The position numbers and the translations under genes are program-made. DNA of 64,000 bases, from contig OZ249436.1 in assembly GCA_965235115.1 (NCBI GenBank), positions 10,790,001 to 10,854,000 of the forward strand, in the 5' to 3' direction. A model generated the notes under the pieces. The model was not told the origin of the DNA. It was given only the letters and a program-made list of their open reading frames with translations, and made no database searches. This document shows, in pieces, positions 13,504 through 24,241 of the stretch. Numbering within the stretch: the stretch's first letter is position 1; each line of letters opens with the position of its first letter. This stretch comes from Laetmonice hystrix. Its lineage: Eukaryota.

Positions 13504-14680
13504 ATGGCGGACTCAGAGCAGAATACACCACAGGTAAGAGTTGTTATTTGCAGATTGCCATTATATTACGAATCAGTGGTAATTCACTACAATTAGAAAT
13601 TGTGCCCCACGTAGTCAAGGTTGTAGAAGATTGGGCCTTTATGCATGTCATAAGTTTATTTATGTCAGGTGGTTGCTTTTTTGCCCCGCAGAGTTTACAT
13701 GCAGAACCAGGTTGTTTGGCATTTGCCTTGAACTTGAAGTTGGATGGGGGTCGTTTAAGCCTAAGGAGTAGGCAGGGCATCCGCCAGAGGGGGGGACGGG
13801 GGGGATTTATCCCCCCCATGATTGGGACATGGGGGGGATATCCCCCCCATAAATCTGCAGAGCAGTGTTTTTTTTAAGCTATTCTCGCTCTGAGAGGCCA
13901 GGAAAACGCATCTCCGGAGTTCATGAAAAAAAAAATTCTGGGGGAGGGCCCCCCGTCCCCCCCATTAATTATTTTCTGGCGGAAACCCTGGTAGGCCTAG
14001 GCCTAGGCCTAGACTTATTGTGATAATGCAGTGGCGGATCCCGGGGGGGGGGGTCGGCGACGTCCGGGCCCTCGCAAATTTCCCAAATTCGCCTTTTTAT
14101 AAGCAAAATGCCATATTTTTACAACCAAAAGTGGCCTTTTTTTACAATGCCAATGGACCCTCCCCCCTCGATTTGTCTTTTGTACTCAGGGTCCGGTCTG
14201 CTTGTCTTATTGCTTTTGTTTGGTTGTTCCAGCTATCCATCCATTCTTGGTTGGGAAAGAGTCATCCACTCGGAAAGATTCTTCCAAGTCCTCCTCCTCC
14301 TGCTCCTACTCCAGGACTGATGACAGAAAAACCAATAAGCTTGAGCGTATGGAAGCGGATGAAAGCTTACCTGAGTTTAACGATGGGAAGAGAAATAACA
14401 CCCCCACCCCTAAGAAGTCAACTACACCCAGAAAAGCTGTTGTTCCCAAGTCTTCCTCGGAAACAACGGTCAATAAGACTGTGACTAGGAAGGCAAGCAC
14501 CCCAAAAAAATCTTCCAATTCCACCCTGGACCCAATTCGACATTGGAATTGCCAAACCCCCAGATAAAAAAAATGAAGGGAACTCTCCCGACTGAAGAGC
14601 AGCCTGCGAGAGTCAACCTTGTAACTCCTGTCAAGCATATCAAGAAATCAACTAGGGGACGGAAGGGCAAGAGATGCTAA
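13504..14680 (+). pseudogene. Harbinger accessory (ORF2) gene remnant, Lys/Ser/Thr/Pro-rich basic protein
   Basis: Exon 13504-13533 (AAGATGGCGG.., MADSEQNTPQ|GTAAG); acceptor TTCCAG at 14232 then ..TPTPKKSTTPRK..ASTPKKSS.., frameshifted to ..TPVKHIKKSTRGRKGKRC* (TAA 14678-14680); exon phases do not match, so exon(s) appear missing. Confidence 0.55.
13773..13990. mobile_element. hAT-like MITE inside the Harbinger ORF2 intron, 5-bp TSD
   Basis: TIRs CAGGGCATCCGCCAGA / TCTGGCGGAAACCCTG; GTAGG at 13768-13772 and 13991-13995. Confidence 0.7.
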
Positions 14681-16003
14681 TTTTTATCCAGATCAGTCAG
14701 TTTATGCTCTTCCTACACGAGACCACATCACAATTTTCTATCATTTTGTTTTGATATAATTATGTCAAAGTTTGAACAGGTTTTGTACGTTTTTAAGTAC
14801 TTTTTGCTAGAAGTAATAATTTTTCCTGTTGATATGTGTCCTTGCGAAAAAGGACGACGGAAGCAGATATATTGAGAACTTTCATTTTATTGCTTCTCTT
14901 AGTTTATGCTGTATCCCAAAGAACAGTATTGTATCCACTGTGGGGTTAGCAAAAGAAAACATTACCACACGATCATTCTGGAATAGAAGCAACAACAAGG
15001 CACGAATTTCGCGATAGACGTCGAGTTAATTTTTTTATTAGTCTGTGCTATGTTCCTTTATGCATTGTCCTTTTTATATGGCATGCTTTTATTTACACTC
15101 TAGCGGCAGCTAGTCAGCTGGTTCGATCAAAACATAAATGTACAAATATGATGTACAATAAATACCAACCGGTCATTATGTACAAGTATATACTTGATTT
15201 GTAGAGATTTAAGAAAAGTATCGCTCCACAAACTCGTTCCTCTTCACTAAGCCACGTTGATAGGGCTGGCCTCGCCTATCTTGCACCCTGTCATTACCGT
15301 TTGCAGCCTCATGTGCCATAACATCTCGCACGAAGTGCTCATCCACGTCCAACTCCTGGCCCTCCTGGATCGCTAGATTGTGAAGTGTGCAGCAAGCAAT
15401 GATAATGAGAGAGGCCTTTTGTGGACTGACCATTAAATAGCCTGAAGACTTGTCTAAGACTCTGAAAAAATAAATATATTTTAAAAAGAGAAGGTTAGTT
15501 TTAAATGCAATTTTAAACCTGAAATATGTTTATGTAGTATTTACCAAGTAAATACTTGGTTTGAGTCTTCCAGACTAGACGACTTTAAATGCTAACAATC
15601 CATGGAGTTTATCTGAACCTCTGTTTCAATACACCAAAAGCTCTCTCTACTGTCGTCCGCGTCGAGGTAAATGCACGATTATACCGGTGTTCAGCCTGGG
15701 TGACTGGATGAGCAATTGGTGTCAAGAGATAATCCCGTAGACCATATCTGTAATACCGGTCATGCTTAATAGGCATATTTTTGAACTGCAAGCTGGCTAA
15801 TATCAATGAACTTAAAGTTAAAGTTTGTCATGACTTAGAAAATAATTACCCGGAATCACCTAGAAGGACATATGGCCCAAACCCATCTCTCATGGCAACC
15901 TGACCGCAGGCAGACTCCTCAAAAACCCACTGGTCATGTGAAGAGCCTGGCATGTAGGAGGAGATGAAAAGGAAGCGAAGGTCTGGTCCACATACAGCCT
16001 GTA

Positions 16004-18340
16004 CACTGGCTACACACTGATCATCGTAACGCGCGTTACGCTGATCCAAGATGGAGGAAGGCAGGTCTCGCTTCAACTAAAACTAGGCGTATTTCAAGCA
16101 GTTCCGTGTCTCTGATTCATCTGTAAGACGTCAGAGTTGTTTATTGTAATGGCGGCATCATGTTTGGTGAACCTCGGCGCCTGAGATTGCCTAGAAATCT
16201 CAAAAATCGCTCCGAAAATTTTCGCTGTGATACCCGTAACGCGGACAAGCATGTTGACAAATGATACCCGTAACGCGAATTATTGATACCCGTAACGCGA
16301 CTCATTGCTGGTTAGTCTGCCATTCACTCGTAAGCTGTACTGCCTTTATTCTTCGTCTTTCAAGTAGAAAAACCATTCTCACCAGTTTTCGTTTGAAGGG
16401 AATTTAATTGTTTGTGTTATTTGAAATCTTGTGCAGGTTGTGGCAGAGTTTTGACAGTTTAACTTCATGTAGAACGGAGTACGTTAGCGGTAGCTACGCT
16501 CGCAAACGCGAATACTTCCAGCTTGTGGCGAGTTCCACTGCCAAAATAAACCACGAAATTCGCCACGCCTGCAAATTCCAGCTGTCTCCAGTTTATAGCC
16601 CAGGTCCTCCTCCCCCCCCGGGGGCCTCGGGTGGCCGAGTGGTCTAAGGTGTCGGCTCCATCATGACACCTAGGACCATCGCCTCACACCGCTGCGGTCC
16701 GGGTTCGATTCCCGGCCTGGGCTGCATGTGTGAAAGGTTTGTCAGTCAGTTCCTTCCCGAAGGTCGGTGGTTTCCTCCGGGTACTCCGGTTTCCTCCACC
16801 AAGAAAAACTGACTTTCATCTCATCTTCACCGCCGTGATATGACCCTGGCTGTTGCAAGGCGTAAAACCCCAAATACCCACCCCACCCCTCCTCCCCCCC
16901 CCCATGCACGCCTGATCCACCACTGACTGTGGTTGGAGCACGCGTGTCGGTGTGACATGTGGGTGGTCAGAGACCAGGGTGACCGACCCACCCGACCCGG
17001 TCTCTCCGCCAGGCCAGGCCAGCCGCCCGTATGCGTCTGTTCCCCCTAGTCTACTCCGGACTACCCCAGGTCAGGCCGGCCCTTAGTACTGGCCCGTCTC
17101 CCCTGGGTCCAGTCCATCTGGGGTGAGTTTATGACAGATGCCAGTCAGCCTGTAGGAGTAATATAGGCCTAGTTTAATCTATCCCGATTACCTGGCAGGC
17201 TGAGTGTACCAGGAGAGGACAGGCGACACATAGCATGGTTGAGGTCACATGGCCGATGAAGGTGGGGAGGCAGCTCGGCCGCTCAGTACGGGGGTCGGGG
17301 GTGTGAGGGGTGGGGGCTGTCAGGGGGGGGGGATCGCTGTGATGAGAGGGTATTATAGCCTAGGTACCCGTCAATTTGGGCCAGGCCTCCTCTGAGGTGT
17401 AGGTGTACTGTACTGGATCCCAATATTCTTGCTGCTCAAGAGGGCCACTTGTATAGAGTTATCCTCGAGATATAGGACAGCTTATTCCCCCAAAAACGTT
17501 CACTAGGCCTACACACAGCTGGCAAATGAAAGTACATGTACTTTATATTATACAGAGAAATTAAGACTGTATAATACATGTATAATGAACTCTGCTTACC
17601 TAAATAAAAACATTAAAACAACTGTGGCTAAAACTTTTTCCCTGTGGCTAGTTCTTTTCCTCAGTTGTTAGCCACTGTGGCTAATACCCAAAATTCACTA
17701 GCGTACTCCCTGTCAGAGGAGTCAGGGTGCTCTACCCCGGGGTACTGGGGAAGGACAAAGCATCTCGATCTCTCATGGTGCCTGCCAGGCATGTCTTTTT
17801 AATTCGTGACCCCGCCCTGGGGTCCACACACACTCTGTATGGTAACACCTATAGTATAGTATAGTATCACGCACGCTGTTAATCCGGGCCCTATTATATA
17901 CGTGTACCTCATGGTTTTACCTTCATACTGAAGTAGATAATGCTCATTACAAAGTTGAGATTCATTATCAGATCACGAGCCGATGTTGAAAGTCGTCTAC
18001 TCGTCTACGTAAAAACCTTTTGGCTCAGTGAAAGGTTTGGGCGCCGCGTTACGCCTATCCTGTCACCAAATTAAACTTGCGTTACGGGGATCAGCGCTGC
18101 GCGTTACGGGTATCATCGCCAAATCTTCTGCGTCCATTTTCTCTTAATCTACGCCCGTCTAGGACCCCAAACTGAGACAAACGGCAGGCACACATTGTTA
18201 TCATGATATTCAGATGTTGTTTTATGTTGTTGATGCACCGTAGCCCTTGTAACTTGAACAAAAACACGCGAAGCGAGCATCGGGATCGTCCATCTTGGAT
18301 CAGCGTAACGCGCGTTACGATGATCAGTGTGTAGCCAGTG
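16004..18340. mobile_element. Non-autonomous CAC-ended DNA transposon with 5-bp TSD (Transib-like)
   Basis: Perfect 52-bp TIRs CACTGGCTACACACTGATCATCGTAACGCGCGTTACGCTGATCCAAGATGGA (16004-16055 / 18289-18340); TSD CTGTA at 15999-16003 and 18341-18345; subterminal GATACCCGTAACGCG repeats; no transposase ORF visible. Confidence 0.88.
16620..16887 (+). mobile_element. tRNA-derived SINE with V-domain-like core (V-SINE)
   Basis: A box TGGCCGAGTGG, B box GGTTCGATTCC, core GGTTTCCTCCGGGTACTCCGGTTTCCTCCAC; TSD ~CCTCCTCCCCCCCC at 16606-16619 and 16888-16901. Confidence 0.85.
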
Positions 18341-21044
18341 CTGTAGAGGAGCAAGTGGAAATCATTTGGGGGTAAAATTCAGAACAGAATTATTCGGGAA
18401 AAATATTTAGAAGAATGCAATTTCTGTTTTGTGGAAATTTTATTTTTTTAACTTGCCATCGCATTCATGGCGTGGTACTGCTTCCAACATAGGTATGTCA
18501 TTTCGTCTCGCGATGGGCAGCAAATGGGAATTAGCGTGCCATCAATGCATCCTATGGTGCGGGGGAACCGATTCTTTGCAAAAAAACTCTAACTATCCTG
18601 GCCCTCTGATACCCGCGAGGAAATCTGATATATCTGATGGAAGCATCAAAAACAAAATCTCAAAAAGATCACAAATTACATTATCACAGATCCATGAAGA
18701 AAGCATGAAGAAATCTCGACTCTGACAGCTGTTTACGTATCACCCGTAAGGAGGTGGGGTAATTTATGTATGATAAATACTATTCCTCCCGTTGAAGCAT
18801 AGATATTTTACGAAAAGTAACTCGTATATCAAAGTCACTTAACATTACCATTGTGTCAAATTTGCTCAAAAATTATACGGAAATGAGATTCACTCGTGAA
18901 AATATCACACACTTACATGCTCCTCATGAGAGAGGCCGCCTGCCTTTCTGGACCCTTTCGTAGCAAACTGAGAACCGCCAAAATCGCGTGCCAGTCTTCT
19001 TACTAAATCCTTCGATAGCCTGTATCTTCTCCGGAATTTTCTCTGATTATAACGAATAAGTGGATTTATCCTTGGAAAAAACGCTCGTTTGCGCCTTACA
19101 GCCGCCATTTTAAGCAACAAAACACGTTGCCCGGTCTGTTGTAATGGGGTGTTATCCAGTGTTTCTTTTTTGTACCTGCATTTTTTACCCGTTTTCTGTG
19201 AGACTCTCACCCGAAAACGACGAAAATCATGAGGGTTGTTCCATGACAGCATACTCTCACAGCCTGTGATCCCAAAGGGTAGGATCATAGGTTTTTCCCG
19301 ATCTGTGAGACTCTCATAGCTTTTTACTATGAGGGTCTCATGGGAAAAGGGTTTTGTGCAATGTAAGGAGGGCTGTGAGGGTAGTATGAGATACCCTCAC
19401 CACCATGATACTTATTGTGCAACGGGGGCTATGTACACTGTGACATGTTCATGAAGAAACATCTACATTCATACTTCCATCTCCGCCACCGATTCCAGTT
19501 CATACAGCCCCCTTGTTCCCTATGACGGTCAACATGATGACAACGTTTTGGGGCGTTGTATTTACCGACACTTTCTGTAATATTCTGGAAATGTGTCAGC
19601 GACTAGTGCAAATAATTTGGCAAATACAGAAAAACACGTTGAAAAAGGCGAAGTCTGACAGGCTGATTTCTACAGGAGAATACGCGGAAGATGATCGCCA
19701 TTGATACACATTTCTATCGGACATCTGATTTAACACATTGCTCATGGAATGCTAGGTGTTTGCAAACATGATTGTATGCATGCATGTACATACAAGCGGC
19801 ATAATAGCACATCTCGCATATTATTAATGCGCCTCTTAGAGCTTGGTTTCTCCTGTCGTATAGCTCCTGTCGTATAGACAGCTCCCTTTTGAAATATATC
19901 ACAGGGGTGCGGTTGAACATTCTGAGATTAAACTATATAGCAATCTGTACAATAATAATGATTCCCCTTTGACTTACCTTACTTTAAAAACCTAATCCTG
20001 TCAGTCACGAATTATTTTACAAAGATGTACTTTACGCCCTGCCTTGCCTTACAAAGGTTTTTTAATTTTACAAAGATGTACTTTACGCCCTGCCTTGCCT
20101 TACAAAGGTTTTTTTCTGGTTGAAGGTAATCCGAGAGAAAGACCTGTACGCTACAAATCATACAAGTCTTTTGAAACACAATATCATCCCTGCTATAGTG
20201 CAGGAATTGCCATTCTATCTTAAATCACCAAAGAAAAACTAAGTTTTTAACGTAACGTGTCGCCATGTAATTCCATCATTTCCTGATAAATAGGTACAAT
20301 ATGCAGAAGAGATTTCGTGTCTATCCAGGACCTTATTAAAGGAATCATGTCAACCTCGTTGAGCGTTACAGGAAGCCAGTTCGGCCGGGTTTCATGCTTA
20401 CCTCGTCTAAATCTATGCACCTCCTGTCACTAGCATGCAGTCTTAGGTTTAATATACATAGGTTTGGTAAACAGACAGCCACGAAATGCACTGTCACCCT
20501 CACATTCTACATTTCTGGTCGGAATCGCTCGAAAGCAATGCTGCAGCCATGTTGCTTCTTCGCGGAACCGTAGCGCACACTGCATGCGCACAACGATATA
20601 GCCCCCCCCCCCCAACCCTTTTTTTTATATCTTCACGCAAATAGTTATTTAACAGTACATCGCTGCTTAATTCATCATAAAAATCTGTCAAGAAAATAAT
20701 GAGAGTGTTTTGTTTACTCCGGAGAACCTGGCTAAAAATCTATCTTTGAGGTGGGGGTGGGGCAGCTCCAGGAAAAGACGCTCGTCTTTCCAGATTTTCT
20801 GGTTTTCACATATTTTAAAAAAATACTTGGGAAACCCAATCAGGCAAGCGGACAAAGCAATGGAACCCATCATACACTATTAAAGCATTGTTTTCGCCAA
20901 TTTGTCCAATGTATATAAAATAGTTGACATGGTTCCTTTTAACATCACAGCCAAGCGGGGCTAGGACGTTTTGTCCTGACAAAGGTCCTCTCTCTCGTCC
21001 GTCCGCGGGAGTTGGGTCCAGTACTTCTGTCAGCCATGATCCCT

Positions 21045-21287
21045 CACTGTTAAAAATAATTCGGTGAATTTACAGAAAAAGTTCTGGCGAAAGTGTTGCC
21101 AGAATTTCGCGGTAAATTTACACAGTAATTATAAAAAAACCGACTCTAGGTTAATTAACATACGGTGCTGTTAATTAACCAAACGGTAATTTTACAATAC
21201 CTGTAAATTTACATGGCCTGTAATTTTACATGGCATGTTAAATAACCTAAGAATTTTGCTGTAAATTCACCAGCTTTTCTAACAGTG
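21045..21287. mobile_element. CACTG-ended MITE (CACTA/EnSpm-like), 2-bp TSD
   Basis: CACTGTTAAAAA..GGTGAATTTACAG / CTGTAAATTCACC..TTTTCTAACAGTG; CT on both flanks; internal TAAATTTAC repeats. Confidence 0.7.
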
Positions 21288-21578
21288 CTGGTGTTTGTTC
21301 AATCGCTCCCGTTTCTCCTGATTTGAAAATAATCATTCATTGCAACATACAACAAACGCCAAAATACGACAGCATAGACAAAACCGCGGATGGATGGTGC
21401 GTTTACTTTTCATTTACACGATTCATTTTCACTTCATCGAAAGGTTGAGCTTTAATGTAATACTGGGGATATTTATTTCCATGACATTTTGATATTTTGG
21501 CAAGATTTTCGTTTTTATTTATTTATTTTTTATTTCCCGCACTCTGCTCATTGTAATTACCAGTCGCTCGGTCGCTCG

Positions 21579-21778
21579 TGGCCGCACGGATTACCAATCC
21601 GTGCGCACGGTTTAGTAATCCGTGCGCACGGTTTAGTAATCCGTGCGCACGGTTTAGTAATCCGTGCGCACGGTTTAGTAATCCGTGCGCACGGTTTAGT
21701 AATCCGTGCGCACGGTTTAGTAATCCGTGCGCACGGATTAAAAACATATTTTCAGCATGTCACCTCCGGGGCTCCATA
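21579..21778 (-). repeat. TATGGAGCCCC-ended element fragment with a 21-bp palindromic minisatellite
   Basis: ~7 copies of AATCCGTGCGCACGGTTTAGT; terminus GGGGCTCCATA at 21768-21778. Confidence 0.8.
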
Positions 21779-23350
21779 CAACTTCCTTGACACCTCGTGA
21801 ACTGCATGAATAAAAATCTACCAGCCTCGCTGTGCGCTTTTACGCTTGATGTGCATATTATAATGACTACGTGCACCCTCCGCCCTGGAGAACCCGTACA
21901 CGATATAGTTTCACAATGGTCTCGTGTATGCATACATGGAAAGGCTATCAAGCGGCACTGTATGGGTAATCACGGGGTGACAAACACGTTTTCGGTCAGC
22001 GACAAGACACCAGCGCTAGGATTCATGTGCAGGGCTCCAGTGTGCGACAACACCTGACAAGGTCATCGCCCCGACAGCGGTCCTCCAACAGGGCCCGACC
22101 AAAGTCCCATCACCATGCGAGTGCGTGGCCTGCCATGGCACGGAAATTAGAATGCAAAAAGGATGGCCCGTCCCATGAAGCAAGTCCATCCTATCGATTT
22201 TTGGTTCGTGAGAGAGCACGTAACCGGCAGACGGACACGTACACAGATCTATACCCGATTCACCATGTAAATCAGGGCAACTGTTCAGTAATTTCATGTC
22301 AGGTTCATGCAAGAGTCCTAACTCATTTTTGTTAAAATGGTGTGGAAAAAGGAGAGTAAAACTATACTCTATAAAAGAAGAAACGCAACACTGAAATTTA
22401 ATTGGAGGAAGGGGTAGTAAAGCAGCAATGACAAAATAGAAACACATAATTTTGAAGGCGGATTTATTGGTAACAGAATCAGAAAGGGGATTAGAGAGAT
22501 TGCTTAGACAGTTGCAGCACAGGTCACCCGGATGTGAGGACCGCTATCCACAAAATTCACATTAGCGTGTGTAAGCATAGCCTGGCATCGGCGGCGCATA
22601 CTCTGAACGTGGACAACACCCCGGATCCTAGGCTGGGTTTGAGACGAACCCTCTTTCAAAATTACGACCCCCCCCTAAAAAAGAAAGAACCCCCCCCCTC
22701 GTAGTGCCCGGGGCTAGGTTTTAAGTCTAACCCCCTTCCCCCCTCTGAATTTGTATCCCGGGAAGTAGGCCCTACTAGCGTTTTTAGTCTTCCAAATGGA
22801 ACAATTTTCAGGAGAAGGCCCCGCGGAGCCCCCGCAAACACCTCCCCTTTTGACAATTCCACCGTACGGTCCTGACACTTTTGACTGCTCCCCAAGAACT
22901 GATTTCAGAGATGATCTATGCCCAGCCTTTTATTACCAGGAGGTCCCCCCGGGCCCTCTGAAGTTATTCCTGTCCAGGGACTGGGAAACATGGTCAGCTG
23001 ATCAAATTCACTTGTGTCCGGTGTCAAGGCCATCTGAAAGGTCAGGGCAGAAACATGTGTCTGTCCACTTCCCCATTGTTTTGACACATGAGAATCCTGG
23101 CTCTGTTAGTTGATTTGTTAATTGACCGAAATTGTAGCTTTTTGTTTTATGTTGAGCATAGATTGCTGCCTGCCCAGGAAAGTAAATGCATTTTAGCGTT
23201 TCCATGCAGTTCAATAGCGTTAACAGATCATTACTGCAGTGATCATGGCGTAAACCCACCATTACTCACTCCTTCCTGCACTGATCATAACTTGTATGTC
23301 ATGGGGGTGGAGGATATGATATTTGCGGTCATAGGGCCAGATTATCTAAA

Positions 23351-23623
23351 CGTTCTGGGGTCGAACCACGGCCTCGCCGGACTTCATAGTATGCCGACAG
23401 CTTTATCAAAGGCCGGCCGTGTCACGATACGTCTATGTGGACGGGCACGTTAAAGATCCCTTGCAATATATCGAAAAAGAGTAGGGGGTGCCCCGGTGGG
23501 TGGGTTTCTTCCTACCATCTCGGCATTATCATCCAATGGATTTCACGAACTGGGTTAGTTCTTGTTCTCGCCCTGATACTGCTGACTGGGGGTTAAACAC
23601 CAATAGACTCATTCACTCACTCA
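23351..23623 (+). mobile_element. 5'-degenerate tRNA-derived SINE with Meta-domain-like core (Meta-SINE)
   Basis: B-box-like GGGGTCGAACC; core ATCAAAGGCCG..GTCTATGTGGACGGGCACGTTAAAGATCCCTTG..ATCGAAAAAGAGTAG; tail GTTAAACACCAA followed by (ACTC)n. Confidence 0.7.
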
Positions 23624-24032
23624 TATACTTAGTAAATAATTCTGGGTACCTCGACAAAATTATTGTTCGTGTAACGTCTCAGTGCACGTAGTCTTTTAAT
23701 TTATAGCATGCCTAACTATTACACTGCACACAAAAAACTGACCCACCTAATTTTCTTCAGAAAAAAGAAAACCTCTATTATCAACAGTGCACAGAGACAT
23801 ATTGCAGGATGGTTTTAAGAAATATCGACAATGGCAATAGGCATTGTTGAATAAATAGAACAATTATGTAACATATTATTGATTGTTGCAGTTTTAGCAA
23901 TGCAGTTAGACAGCCTGTATTAAAGGCTTTGTTAGTTGTACTCCTTTGTCAGCGTTTTAGCCCAAACAAGGCCAATTTCATTATAAGTCGCGCTGTAGAA
24001 ATACATATTGCTCATGTTATGATATTCATATT

Positions 24033-24241
24033 GTGCTGAACCCACCAAGGCGATTCCCCTTCCGACGGCCATGCGATTTTTGATTTAATGGTGGAATTTC
24101 ACTCTGAAATTTTTCCTAGCTGGCCTTCTCCGTTTCAGGAAATGGGTTCCATCCTTTAATCTCAAAATTACAGTAAAATAAAAGGGTGATGTCAAAATCG
24201 CATGGGCGTCGCAAGGGGAATCGCCTTGGTGGGTTCAGCAC
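24033..24241. mobile_element. MITE with ~45-bp TIRs, superfamily unassigned
   Basis: GTGCTGAACCCACCAAGGCGATTCCCCTT..CCATGCGATTTT / AAAATCGCATGG..AAGGGGAATCGCCTTGGTGGGTTCAGCAC. Confidence 0.8.

Larger units (their letters stand above)
15209..19108 (-). pseudogene. Harbinger DDE transposase (HARBI1-like, DDE_Tnp_4 type), multi-exon, disrupted
   Basis: Exons: 18917-19108 (MAAVRR..FRRRYRLSK..LSHEEH|GTAAGT); 18457-18633 (YIRFP..FPRTIGCIDGTLIPI..YHAMNAM, 1-nt frameshift at the A-run ~18580-18586, GC donor); 15850-15998 (AVCGPD..PGSSHD..LLGDSG); 15613-15747 (YGL..LLTP..AEHRYN..TRTTVERAFGVLKQRFR); 15209-15461 (VLDKSSGYL..IIIACCTLHN..*). The D(G)-D-E motifs match Harbinger/HARBI1. Confidence 0.9.
13196..19429. 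mobile_element. PIF/Harbinger DNA transposon, two convergent genes, decayed, with nested insertions
   Basis: TIR core CGTTGCACAATAA at 13201-13213 and its inverse at 19412-19424; subterminal CTCAT/CTCAC-rich repeats at both ends; contains a HARBI1-like transposase (-) and an accessory ORF (+). Confidence 0.88.

Noticed and set aside
16620..16725. tRNA gene
   Set aside because: A and B boxes are present but there is no proper cloverleaf; it continues into a SINE core and tail and has a TSD.
17188..17202. TTACCTGGCAGG resembling the U1 snRNA 5' end
   Set aside because: The similarity stops after 12 nt; it is simply the complement of a splice-donor-like sequence.
18256..18340. RSS-like nonamer ACAAAAAC near the CAC terminus
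   Set aside because: Wrong orientation and spacing relative to the terminus; not a 12/23 RSS.
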